Assembly: GCF_003918875.1 (NCBI RefSeq)
Contig: NW_025765725.1
Coordinates: 124,001-188,000 of the forward strand
DNA from: Haliotis rubra
Taxonomy: Eukaryota
Direction: 5' to 3'
Length of the DNA: 64,000 nt
How positions within the stretch are numbered: position 1 is the stretch's first letter; every line of letters begins with the position of its first letter. Positions 52,326-64,000 of this stretch are shown piece after piece. Both the position numbers and the translations under genes were made by a program. The notes beneath the pieces were generated by a model, which worked only from the letters and a program-made list of their open reading frames with translations, was not told the origin of the DNA and searched no databases.

Positions 52326-53599
52326 GCGTCTGTAACTAGCTGGCATAAACTTTGTGTTTACCCGTCTTCTGTGTGTAGATGTAAACATACACATTCTCCA
52401 ACCCTACACCCATACAGACCCAACAAATATATCCATGAAAGCCCATGCAAGTCTATAATGAGTCTATCATATCTTAAGGGACAACATTGTATTATGGGAC
52501 CTTTTCTATTGATGTTTGTTATATATACAGAATATAAGTTGCGACTTCTAAGGTTACTAATATTATACTCATTACGTATGTGAATAGTTGAGCTGGTCCA
52601 AAATGAGTATCAGATGGTCAAAATGGCTGCTGAAATTGTGAAGTACTTTATTGGTAACGAATTTGGTGATTGGCCAATTCACCTGTCTGAGCTGTGGTTA
52701 TATTTAAATGTATATTACGTTTCTGTGAATTTTGTGTCTTCTCACACTATAAACTACTGATACAAACTGCTAAAGTCTTGTTGACGTCCCCATCAACGGG
52801 GACATTGCTGTAGAAGTGTAACCTTTAGGGAAAACCTGTAATGTATTATAACGTCTATCCATACTCTGCTGTCGATCAATAACAACACACCCGTGTACTG
52901 ACTAAGACAGTGATTCTTTTAGTTTCTGTGGTTAATATTACTACAGAAAATATACACCATGAAACGTGTAATGTAGAACATCGTACTGCAGGTCTAACTT
53001 CTTTGACTACGGCGCTCAAGACGGCTTTGATACTGAGATACAAGAAACATATTAAATAAGCAGTATATTATTCACTCGTTTCAGTGCAATTCGTGTAAAT
53101 ATACACATGTAGGGTGTAGTTCGTATATACTAATCACACGTCCATACAGCGGGTATCATGTTCATCTGAGGACTATAGGTCACGCAGTGTACATGATGTT
53201 AGTTGTCAAGAACATATGATCTGTCTGCTGTATGATTAACGCCTGCCATCTTGCGTCCGTCTGGAAAGTGGTTTTCATTAGGAAATGTGTTGTTCGGATA
53301 TAGATTTGTTCTGAGTAATCAGTTCCGGTTATAAAGCGATAGCGAGGAGGTACTGCGTACATGGGAATTGTCGGGGTAGTTCTTGTGTATTTCTAACAAA
53401 GAAGGTTCAAAGGCAAGGTTATATTTTGATCGCGTTTGTTCCAACAGTTTTAAGACGATTATATACGATTGATCAGCGTATTTCTTTTCCAGTGTTTGGA
53501 TCTTTGTTTTACACGTTACACATCAACACATAATATATACGATAAAAGGGAATATTACATTTCTACGGTTAATATATTCAATCCACACACCTCTTCCGA

Positions 53600-55400
53600 C
53601 ATTCACACATACATATATTTCACGTCCACATATATTAAAGTCCACATATATTTCCAGTGTTTGGTCTTTTATTTCCATGTATGTTTCCACCACGTCCACA
53701 TATCACATCCATGTCCATATCGTCCACATCCCACATCCACATTCCACACACATACATATATATCGTCCACATATACATTTCACATATATACATCCACGTC
53801 CACATATACATCCACATATACATATATTCACACATATATATATTCACGTATACATATATCATCCATGTCCATCATATATACATCCACACACATACATCCA
53901 CGTCCATATATACATCCACGTCCATGTTCCACATATACATCCACGTCCACGTCCATATATATCCATCCAAATACATCCACGTCCATATCATCACACACAT
54001 ACATCCACGTCCATCCATGTCCATCCACGTCCATATATACATCCATTCCACACATATACATCCACATATACATCCACGTCCACATATACATCCAAGTCCA
54101 TATATATCCACTTCCACATATACATCCACTTCCACATATATACATCCATCCACGTCCACATACATCCACATATACATCCATTGCCCACATATACATCCAC
54201 GTCCATATATACATCCACGTCCATCCACCATATACATCCACTTCCACATATATCCATTACATCCACGTCCACATCCACGTCCATATACATCCACGTTCAT
54301 CCGTCCATATACATTCCATACACATATACATCCCCACATATGTATCCAAGTCCACATTCCGTCCACATATACATCCACTTCCACATATACATCCACGTCT
54401 ACATCCCACTTCCACAGCAATGTCCATTCATATACATCCGCGATCCACATATACATCCACGTCCACATATACATCTACACATATCCACCATATACATCTA
54501 AGTCCATATATATCCACGTCCACATATATACGTCTACATGTCCACATATGTCCACATATACATCCAACATGTCCACATATACATCCACACATATACATCC
54601 ACGTCCACATATATACATCCACGTCCATCCACATATACATCCACACATCTCCACGTCCATATACATCCACACATATATATATCTCCATCCATCCATCCCA
54701 CGTCCACATCCATCCATCTTACGTCCGTCATCCACACATTAAATATATATAAAACCATGTCCACATATACCCACATTCACATATATCATCCACACATATA
54801 CAAATACATCCATCCGTCCACATATCTACATACATATCTACGTCCACAAATGTATCCACGTCCACATATACATCATCCATCCATATATCCAAGTCTATAT
54901 ACATCCAAGTCCATCCGTCCACATATACATCCGCCACGTCCACATATACATCCACATATTAAATACATCTAAGTCCACATATACATCCACACATATACAT
55001 CCACATCCACGTCCATCCACATATACATCCACGTCCACATATACATCCACACATATCAACAAATACCAAGTCCACATATACATCCACAATTCACATCCAC
55101 ATACATCCACTTCCACATATACATCCACACATACATACATCCACGTCCACATATACATCCACATATACATATACATCCACGTCCACATATATACATCCAC
55201 ACATATACAAATACATTCACGTCCACATATATACATCCACACATATACATCCACGTCCACATATACATCCACACATACATATATGTTCACGTGCACATAT
55301 ACATCCACGTGTTCCTCAACCTCCACATCCACATCCACATATGTCATCCATATGCACATGTACATACACATAAACATCCACACACACATCCACCCATCAC
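53600..55400. repeat. Degenerate low-complexity array (ACATCC/ACGTCC/ACATAT hexamer mosaic)
   Basis: Recurrent CATCCACGTCCACATATA. Produces overlapping His/Ile/Tyr/Thr and Met/Trp/Val pseudo-ORFs on both strands. Confidence 0.95.
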
Positions 55401-58400
55401 CATGAAACCACCATTCAGTTCTGTATTTCCATCCTTTCTGAATCTAATCTCACTCACTCACTCAATATCCATTCCTTCCACAAGTGCGGTCGTACAAAAT
55501 TATTTGCGAGCGTAGCCCGACGTCAGTCCTTGTTGGTATTTTGATCCCCAAACCTTACCTGATCCTGCTTCCTCCTTGAAGTAAATATCTATAGTTTATA
55601 TTTCAATATAATGAGCAAACTGACAGAACTAACAAAACAGTTGCAGTCTCAGTCAATCACGTCTTTCAAAGACCAAAAGCCATCACAGTTTTTAGTTCCC
55701 TGCACATGGCGGGTTTGGGTTGTACCAAACACTATACGCCTACAAATGAAAGATGATCGGTTGTTTCATGCTCAAAGAAACGGACTGATTGAGATAGCGG
55801 ATGCCTCGTGGGACAGGGGCCTTCAGTCTATGATTGATTGTGTATACCTGTGGCAGCAACCGTACAACGCTGCACACATTGCTGACATTGCTGGACACCC
55901 ACAGTAGTGGTGCACTTAAGGCTGACTTGACAAAACCAATTTATGTGAGGCCGAGTTGAAACTCACTTTAAACAGCATTTCATTTACATCCCGGCATGTG
56001 AGCTTAATGTACGTGGAAAACCCGCGGACAAGGTGGCAGACATTTTCATCTTTCGTGAACACCAATAGAGAATGTGTGAGCAGAACATTCCACCATGTGC
56101 ACATAACATAGTACATCTAACAAGCGACAGCAACAACACATATTATATGTGTACCGTTCGACACACAAAGATAGAAATCACTTTACCACTGTCATAACAG
56201 GTGCTCGCAGGTGTGTGGGGAGCGGGGGCATATCATATGACGCAAGTGACAAGATGTACACATGTTGTTTTAAAAATACATAGCCAATTGAGAATTAGTT
56301 AAACCTTAGTGATTCCATGTGATCCTCCTTTCTATACTGGCGTGTGTCAAGAAAAGGCATCATTTCCAATATAAACATTTTATTAGTGATCATATTTGTT
56401 TATTTTATATGAGTTCATTTCAACTTATTATGAAACGCTGTATTGCTTATTTACTTATCCCCAAGTCTCGGGTTCGAATCCAATGTTTAAACAAACATTA
56501 TTCTCAGTTTAGGTTCTCTTCTCAATTTAAGTTGCGACAAAAAGACATTACCTAAATATTTTGAAAGATTTGTCTGTAAAAGAGCAAACTGCATGTACGT
56601 TTTCAGGTGAATGGTGAACAAAGCATACATGATATATCAACTGCAAAAGACACATGGATATAGAATTCGGTAATCATTAGATAAGTTGAATTCCCTTTTT
56701 CAAAATAACTTCATAACACTATACCACACACCAAGTCAAGTAAGCGATAGCTAGTCTTGCATAATGGTTTCTAAAAAACACCAACGGTACTTCCACTGAA
56801 ACTGACAGTAGCATTTCTGCATTCGTACCATCCCAACGACAAACCTCCCAAGTATCTTTGATATTTTATTGAAAGATGATTTGACTTGTCCTCATGCTAT
56901 AAATGATATGGAAATAGGAAAAACGTTTATTGACATAGTTATGAATGTGAAAACATATTTTTAAGTTTAAAAAGCTATACAAAAACATTGCATCCGAAAT
57001 AGACCAGACGATAACAGAACGTTGAAGTACGTTTTGCAGGTTAAGTGCTGTAGCACATGGCGTTATTATTTCTTCTGGTGCTAGAAGCATTAGCCGACTT
57101 TTCCTTAAAGCAGAGTAACTTTCACGTTGTCAAATCAGAATAAAGTCCACGTCCAAACGGGCAAAAGGATGAGAATGTATCCTTCAAAATAGCGTTTTAA
57201 ATGGATGCATAATGAAACCCTGTTAATACAGACAGATGAAGCCATTTCACATAATGATGTATGGATACGGCGATAGCATTTAGCAGTGAAGTATCGGAAA
57301 CCAAGGCGGTCGGAGTTAACGGTGGTCCGGGTTAACGGATGTGATTTATGCCTTAATCATTATAACAAACAAACATGTGCTGCTGGTGATTTCTTATGTA
57401 TCTGGTAAATGAGAAATCTCCAAAATTCTCATGTAATGCAAGACATCCTTTGTTATTCAATCGTATGGCTCACATTGCGATACTTTATCAATTATTGGTA
57501 AATACTGCCATTCTGTTACTACATGGAGTTGTACCTTCGACGTAAGTATTATGAGAGTACCTTGCGTGTTATGAGACAAGACAAGGGCGCATCACGTTGT
57601 TTGATCGTATGCCCTCCCTAGTTTTCAGAACTGTTATAAGGTTCCTCTCACAGCTTGCTATACTTCTGCTGAGAAATCTACTACCGATGCCACCCCTCTC
57701 CCGTGCTGAACACATGCTTGCAGAAGCTTAGCACAACACCCCTGTCAGAAATACACGCGGAGGTCAACGTGGGGTCAGTACGCGTAAACGTCACATATTC
57801 TATAAATAGAAACATACAATATTAATGCTCATAAATATACAGAATGTATTATACCGGATTAAAAACACAGGGAAGATGAGGTGAAAATAGAGATATTTAT
57901 GATTATCAAAATAAATTTGCCGGAAAACCACAAGTAAACATTTATATTAAAATACATGTTTTTACGTGGTGTACGGAGCTAGACACACGTGTCTATCTTT
58001 ATAATGTTATCGCAGACTACCGCGAGTTATGACAAGTGTATGTCGGTATGGACATAGCATGTGGAATGATAGTCTTGCTGGTTCCAATATCGGTCCTTGT
58101 ATAAATATTTAATGTAACATCGGAAGCGATGTCAGATCTGACGTCCATGCGTTATCACTTTAGATTCATGGCAGTCACATTTTGTTGAAATAACTTTAGA
58201 TTTCGATAAGTAATCGTGTCGGGAAGCCATTATCACCGGTAGTGTTTTTTATGGCTCTGTTAACTTACCGTACAAAACTGCAGAGTCGGGGTTCTGTCTG
58301 AGCCAGCTGGTATCTGGGGAATCTCGACATTTGCGTGAGTACATCTAAACACGATAGTTCATGAATGTATCGAAAACAGTAGATCATGATCATATATATG

Positions 58401-58439
58401 TTTTAGTTCTCGTAAGTGTAATGCCTTTTAATTAGATAG

Positions 58440-58560
58440 GGTGATGCCGGGGCGCGGACGGTGGTTCGATCCGTCAAACAAAAGACGTTAACATATGTTA
58501 TTTGTTGTTACTCTGACTAATGGTGGGCTTAAAATCAAGGGTGAAAAGACAAAGTCTGTC
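58440..58560 (+). mobile_element. Old tRNA-derived SINE relic, probably Meta/MESC-domain type
   Basis: B box GGTTCGATCC followed by GTCAAACAAAAGACGTTAACATATGTTATTTGTTGTTACTCTGACTAA, which resembles my recollection of molluscan Meta-domain SINE bodies. Confidence 0.4.
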
Positions 58561-58819
58561 TGTACACCATGTTTGTATGAGGTATCCATTATTAATTAGA
58601 TAATGTTGGCATGCTAGTGTAAGCTTTATTCGTGGTTACCCCAAAGTATAATACTTTGTGCTTACTGTGTTCCCAAATGTTGTGCGTATGTACGACTGGC
58701 TCGTGCTTCACCAACTTACCAGCACCAAAGTGCGACACAAATACAGCAGAAAGAAAAGAAGCACACAAGAATAGTTCCTGCTGATACAGATTTATTCTTA
58801 TATATCATGATCACGGTGC

Positions 58820-59457
58820 CAAATGCGAGAATGCAAGCACACGATACAAATTCGACAAGTTCATATTTCATATTTACTGCAACATCACACATGCCGACAT
58901 ATCAATATCCAGTGTCTCGCGAGCATTCCAACAACAGTTTACAGCGTCAACAATTATGGCGCATTATATTGTAAAATATAGAGGCGTGGCAAGTGTTGCT
59001 AGGCGATAAAACACGGAAAATATACAATTCCTACCAAAGTATGAACAATAGTGACTGACAGAATAGCAAGTTACCTGTGACTCAAGTGACACAAAGTGTC
59101 TACTGTAACTGAGTGCGTGTGTCAAATACGAGAATGCAAGCACACTATACAAATTCGACAATCAGTAGTCAAACATGCTCAAGTACACATTTCATATTCA
59201 CCGCAACATCACACATGCCGATATTTCAATAATCTGTGTTTCGCAAGCATTCCAACAACAGTTCACAGCGTAAAGAAATAAGGCGCATCACATTGCAAAA
59301 TACAGAGGCGTGGCAAGTGTTGCTGGGCGCTACACACACGAGAAATATGCAATTTATACCAATGGAAAGTGTGAACAGTAGTGACTGACAAAATAGCAAG
59401 TTACCTGTGACCCAAGTGACACAAAGTGTCTACCGTAACTAAGTGTGTGTGATCAAA
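58820..59457. repeat. Two-copy tandem duplication (~303-330 bp)
   Basis: AAAT.CGAGAATGCAAGCACAC.ATACAAATTCGACAA at 58821 and 59124. Colinear through GACACAAAGTGTCTAC.GTAACT. Confidence 0.93.
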
Positions 59458-59897
59458 CCGACGCCCTTACAATTTTTTGCTGCTTCTCTCCAGCCATCTC
59501 AACACGTCTGCCCCTCGGCACGTGCAACCCCCCTTATTTATCACATTGATGACGTCATCGCACGATGCCCCATGGGTAAGGTCAGGGCAAATTCATCACG
59601 TAAAATTTCAGACCCGGGTCACACGAGGTCATTTCAGGTATAACCGTCAACATGGCGATGGAACTGCAGTCCGATCTAAGTGAGCCCAAGTGATTAGACC
59701 ACACTGTCAGTAAGTCACGAAATATTTCATTACACTAGTACTATAAAATTGGTTGTAAGCTTTGGTAAAATACATCACACACACGCAAGTACGCACACAC
59801 ACACGCACACAAGTGCCCGCACGTCGCTATAAAGGCGCAGTCAAACCGAAACGTGTCGTGAAGCCACACTCTACCTCAGGTCAACTCGCGGTGAAGA

Positions 59898-60050
59898 GTG
59901 AGTGAGTGAGTTTGGTTTTAAGCCGCATTTGGCAATATTCCAGCAATATCATGGCGGGAAACACCAGAAATGGGCTTCATGTGGGGAATCGAACCCGGGT
60001 CTTCATTGTGACGAGCAAATGCTTTAACCACTAGGCTACCCAACCGCACC
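59898..60050 (-). mobile_element. SINE family A
   Basis: A and B boxes and (CACT)n tail. 13-bp TSD CTCGCGGTGAAGA (59885) / CTCACGATGAAGA (60051) with 2 transitions. Confidence 0.93.
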
Positions 60051-60949
60051 CTCACGATGAAGAAGAAATAACAGTACTTCATGAGCAACAAATGATAGCT
60101 TATATCACGATCTTCAAAAATAAACAACCCATTGCATAATATACAACCAAGATGGTACTGGACACCCTTTCTTCAGAATGCATGCATGACCTCATCTAAA
60201 ACAAACTACATTTAAACATTCACACAGATTTAATGTAATGCATTATCAGTGACAGCCAACAGAGAATTGAAATTGATACCAGGCTGGTCATAATACCAGC
60301 AGAAGAACACAACTATCTTCCTGAGAGACCTCTGATATAACCGTGTCTCACATGCCAACATGTTATGCTCTGTTATGAAGGAACGGTTCTAGACGGTATG
60401 TTTTTAGACATGCTACAGGAACTCGCTGTTGGAGGTAAACTCATCCTGAACCTGAAAAACCAGGAGAGTTTGACAGTTCAGTGCATGTGATTGACGGATT
60501 AATGTACAGGGCATGCGTGAACGTCCCTGGATACAAACTGATTTCAGCGGCCTCCCTTGCAATGTACATTAAAGAAAGATGTAAGTGCTACTGGTTTGAT
60601 AACGAAGGATACCCCCACCCAAACCTTATCCTCATCTCTAACCCGACCCCACCTAAAATATTTGTTTAAGAAATAGGATAAAACATATAACCGGAAGCCA
60701 AAACTTATATTACATTTACTGTCATTTCGGAATTTAGAAGAACCCCCTACCTCTCGTTAGTATCGTAACTCGCTTTCAAAGCATTTAATGGCGTTTCCAT
60801 CCTTCCGTGTCTGTCTGTCTGGCATGTAGCAAATAGCTGTTTCACCTGATGCTAACCTCGGAATAACTGGTTGAATAATTATTATGATTATGATGACTGA
60901 TCACCTGCACGGACATGGACAGTAGGCCTACATTCTTCAAGAATATAGA

Positions 60950-61790
60950 TCTAAAGAAGCTAAATAGTGACTGGAGCATTTGGTTGGACGTGTCTGTCCG
61001 TGAATGTTCTGACTACGGTAGCAAAATGTTATTCCATTCTCTTCGTAGTTGTAAACCACTGCTGGATCATAGCTGAAGCATTGTTATATTAGGCAATACT
61101 CATATACTCGTCATAAAAGTATATTTGATCAAGTCACGCTCACATCTAAACGTTCGCTACAGGCAACCTTCATTTCTACATTTCAAATAGAATTGGAAAC
61201 ATTAGAACAATGTAATTCTCTTCAGTATGCCATCCGAACCCACGTAAGCCCTTAATACGTTTAGATACAGTTAAAGAAAACAAAGTATGTGTCAATCCTT
61301 GTGGGTGGCATGTAATCTAGCCACTCATTTAAAAAAGGGAACTGCATCAATGTTCTCTCTTGGGAACATCGCTGTTTTCTTAGGCTTAGTTGACCAGATT
61401 GCATTGCTTCGATATCTGTAAAGAAACATTGCTTACTTATCCTGGAGAATCCGTTTGTTTATTCATAGCTGAGGTTGTGTAGCTCCTTATAGTTCCTTAT
61501 GATAAGCCAAAGTTGCATCGATGTAATCTCTGATCGAATCCTTGTGCTAGTTTACCTTCATGTTATTCCCCCCCTGCTAAAATTTTTGCCTTAGGACGAT
61601 GACCGTCTTGTGATAGGCATAACACCTCTCCCGCTTTGTTGTAGTCTGGAGATAACATGTATGTATATGCACTGAAAGTACTTCCTCAGTGATAGGAGCA
61701 TCGTGAAGAGAATTCAGTTAAGATTTCATCTGCTAAAATATCTGTTATCAAGCCATCTCTTAAATAGTCAGTTAACTGCATTTGGGAATT
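60950..61790 (-). pseudogene. Decayed coding relic, possibly a glycosyltransferase family 92-like gene
   Basis: Manual translation gives STFSAYTY (~61660-61685) and ENIDAVPF-(frameshift)-LNEWLDY..YFVFF/LTVSKRI (~61255-61360). Many stops. Family call is by eye. Confidence 0.25.
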
Positions 61791-62531
61791 CATCCTCGTG
61801 CATTTTCAGCTATTATTTTAACATCACAGACGGGATGCCCAGTGCGTTAGTCTTTCAACAGTATGGTAGTTTTAAACAGAATAGAAGAATTGCCACCGTG
61901 CCTGCCAGCAAACACGAGTCCAACGAGTCTTAACGTATTTTTATAAACAGATAAACTACTGATGGAAAAGTAAACCAAAATTGGGGCTAAAAAAGTCCTT
62001 CCACGTTGGTGAGGTGAGTATAGAGATGGGAGACGGGCGCATAATGATTGTACCGGCTTCTCCAAATTCTATCTAATCAAGGAAAGATCTACAGGATAAA
62101 AACCTCAGCTCTAAAGACAACAATGCATACGTTAAACACGTTATATCTTGTGTTCTCAGTGCGTGGTATTCCTATAAGAAGTCGCATGACGAATATATTA
62201 TTTTAAATAAGACTTCACTGGGAGGAACAGTAGTTTAATGAGGGATGGGCTAATCGAATCAGAAGTTTTTTCGTGGAATTAGACAAGATACACAAATATG
62301 CTGCTCCATTTATGAAAGAATGTGTGTGTGCGTGCGTGTGCGTTTATGGTGTACTGTCACAATGTTTACCCCATGCTAGGTCTCGAAGGACCGAAATGCA
62401 CTCCAGTATTACATTTACAGATTAAATAAATGTTTTACAAATGTAATATATCACGGATATAACCATGATATTTTTCGTCCCTTTTTATCTGTGTTGGTAT
62501 TGAGAGCCTCTATGGTAGTGGGTAAAGCGTT

Positions 62532-62644
62532 CAGGGCCCCGTTCCTGAAATCGATTGTAGCGCTAAGGTGATCGTAACTCCAATACTTTAACATAGACTT
62601 ACGACTGTCGTAGCGCTACGATCGCTTTGAGGAACGGGACCCTG
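62532..62644. mobile_element. MITE (~110 bp, PIF/Harbinger-like ends) inserted in a decayed SINE head
   Basis: Left end CAGGGCCCCGTTCCTGAAATCGATTGTAGCGCTA versus reverse complement of right end CAGGGTCCCGTTCCTCAAAGCGATCGTAGCGCTA. Flanks TAGTGGGTAAAGCGTTC and GGTTCGAT are SINE A- and B-box remnants. Confidence 0.8.
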
Positions 62645-63449
62645 GTTCGATGGTATTCTAGATACACTATGTGAAGGCCGTGATAAGTGAAACTTCTCCT
62701 GACACTATTGTTCGGACTGCTGTCCTGTTCTGTACACCTTTAACACTAGTTTGAACCACGGATACTTGTACTGAGCATAAAGGATCGTTCAGAGGTTGAC
62801 ATTTACTGGTATGAATGTCTACAGGCAAACACAATACACAGTGACTAATCAGTACCAGAAACTAAAAACATGCGGTAAGTAATTGATAGGTGGGAGTTAT
62901 AATTTGATTTCAGGGTATCTGAAATGAATTCTGTCAGTGTTAACTGCCAAGGTATCTATACACATTAATCAATGCCAATGTTAATAGGATAGACGCATTT
63001 AACCAGTGTATATTGGCAAGGGCATGTACATGCATTCTATGAGTCACTGAGCACTAAAGAGCTCAGTTCTAAAGTAATATAAGAGTTATCTCATCTTTAG
63101 CTGGATTACATTAAATTGTAAGACATTGTGGGTTTATCTACTATAACTATATACATCTGTCCACAGTGTTGCTAACCTTGGTCGTTTAACTCGACAAACA
63201 ACGACCGATAGTGATATTTCAAAAAAGGATATCTCAGCTTTACTGGACGAACAATAATTTATTACCCAGTTTTAATGCTTAAATTTGGAATATTGTGTTT
63301 TATAATCCTCGAAATAGACGCGTTTCAATTGAACTGTTTGACGATCGTGAAACCGTCATGTACTTGGAATTTGGTGTTGTTTCACACACGTAAGAAAATG
63401 ACGAAATGCGTATTCGCCTCCCACATAAATGACAGCATAGCCCATAAAA

Positions 63450-63750
63450 CTACGAACAATGACACTTAAGCCAAAGTAACCAACATAAATCTACCAACAA
63501 TGTCACTTTAACTCAGGGTATCTCAACATACAGCTACAAACAATGTCACTTTAGCCCATAGTCACTCAAAATATACTACAAACTATTATAGTCCAAGGTA
63601 ACTCTTCCAATATATATTTTGATATACAATATCTACCAATAAAGATACTTTGTTCCTGAATACTTCAACACAAATCCACGAACAGTGATACTTCAGGCCA
63701 GGTCGACTGAACATGTATCATCCAACAATAACACTTTGGTCCAGGGTAAG
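63450..63750. repeat. Old degenerate tandem array, ~42-43-bp unit
   Basis: ACAATG(A/T)CACTT..AGG(G)TA..CAACA..CTAC recurs about 6-7 times. Confidence 0.65.
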
Positions 63751-64000
63751 TCATGATAAACATTCCAACAACAAGCCAGCGAAATAAAACAAACCCTGAA
63801 ATCCTACCTAATCACAGAGTCACAAGGAGTTTCCTCTTCCTTGTGAAGCATCGGGATATCTCGATATCTGTGTCTATGTAAACGCATGTTCTTGCAGGAA
63901 AAGCCGTTTCTATAACGGTTTATATAACGGTTTATGTACAGTTGATTTGACAACGGGCCAAACAAATAAAAGCAACAAGGTGAGATGTTTGAAGATAGCG

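Noticed and set aside
53469-55389. His/Tyr-rich ORFs as shell-matrix or metal-binding proteins
   Set aside because: Open in most frames on both strands because of hexamer low complexity. No signal peptide or frame preference.

Overview
AT-rich, repeat-dominated animal genomic DNA with a 128-N assembly gap (32892-33019). The tRNA-headed SINE with a (CACT)n tail, and a second SINE-like family, match my recollection of abalone (Haliotis) repeats. That taxon call is recall only and was not searched. I find no intact protein-coding gene, rRNA, true tRNA, CRISPR array or operon-like system. All very long ORFs are artefacts of stop-free tandem repeats. Well supported: about 8 copies or fragments of the tRNA-derived SINE (several with target-site duplications), about 5 copies of the second family, a frameshifted Tc1 (DD34E) transposase fragment, several MITE or foldback elements, many tandem arrays (largest: 6.5 kb of a 52-bp unit) and local duplications. 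The most interesting structural signal is a Penelope-type element end carrying a degenerate minimal hammerhead ribozyme (about 19.92-20.07 kb). Weaker signals read by eye include a decayed KDZ/HMGXB3-like transposase, GT92-, ankyrin- and TNF-like relics, and candidate spliced exons including an 8-nt microexon. I cannot support a claim of a new biological system here.
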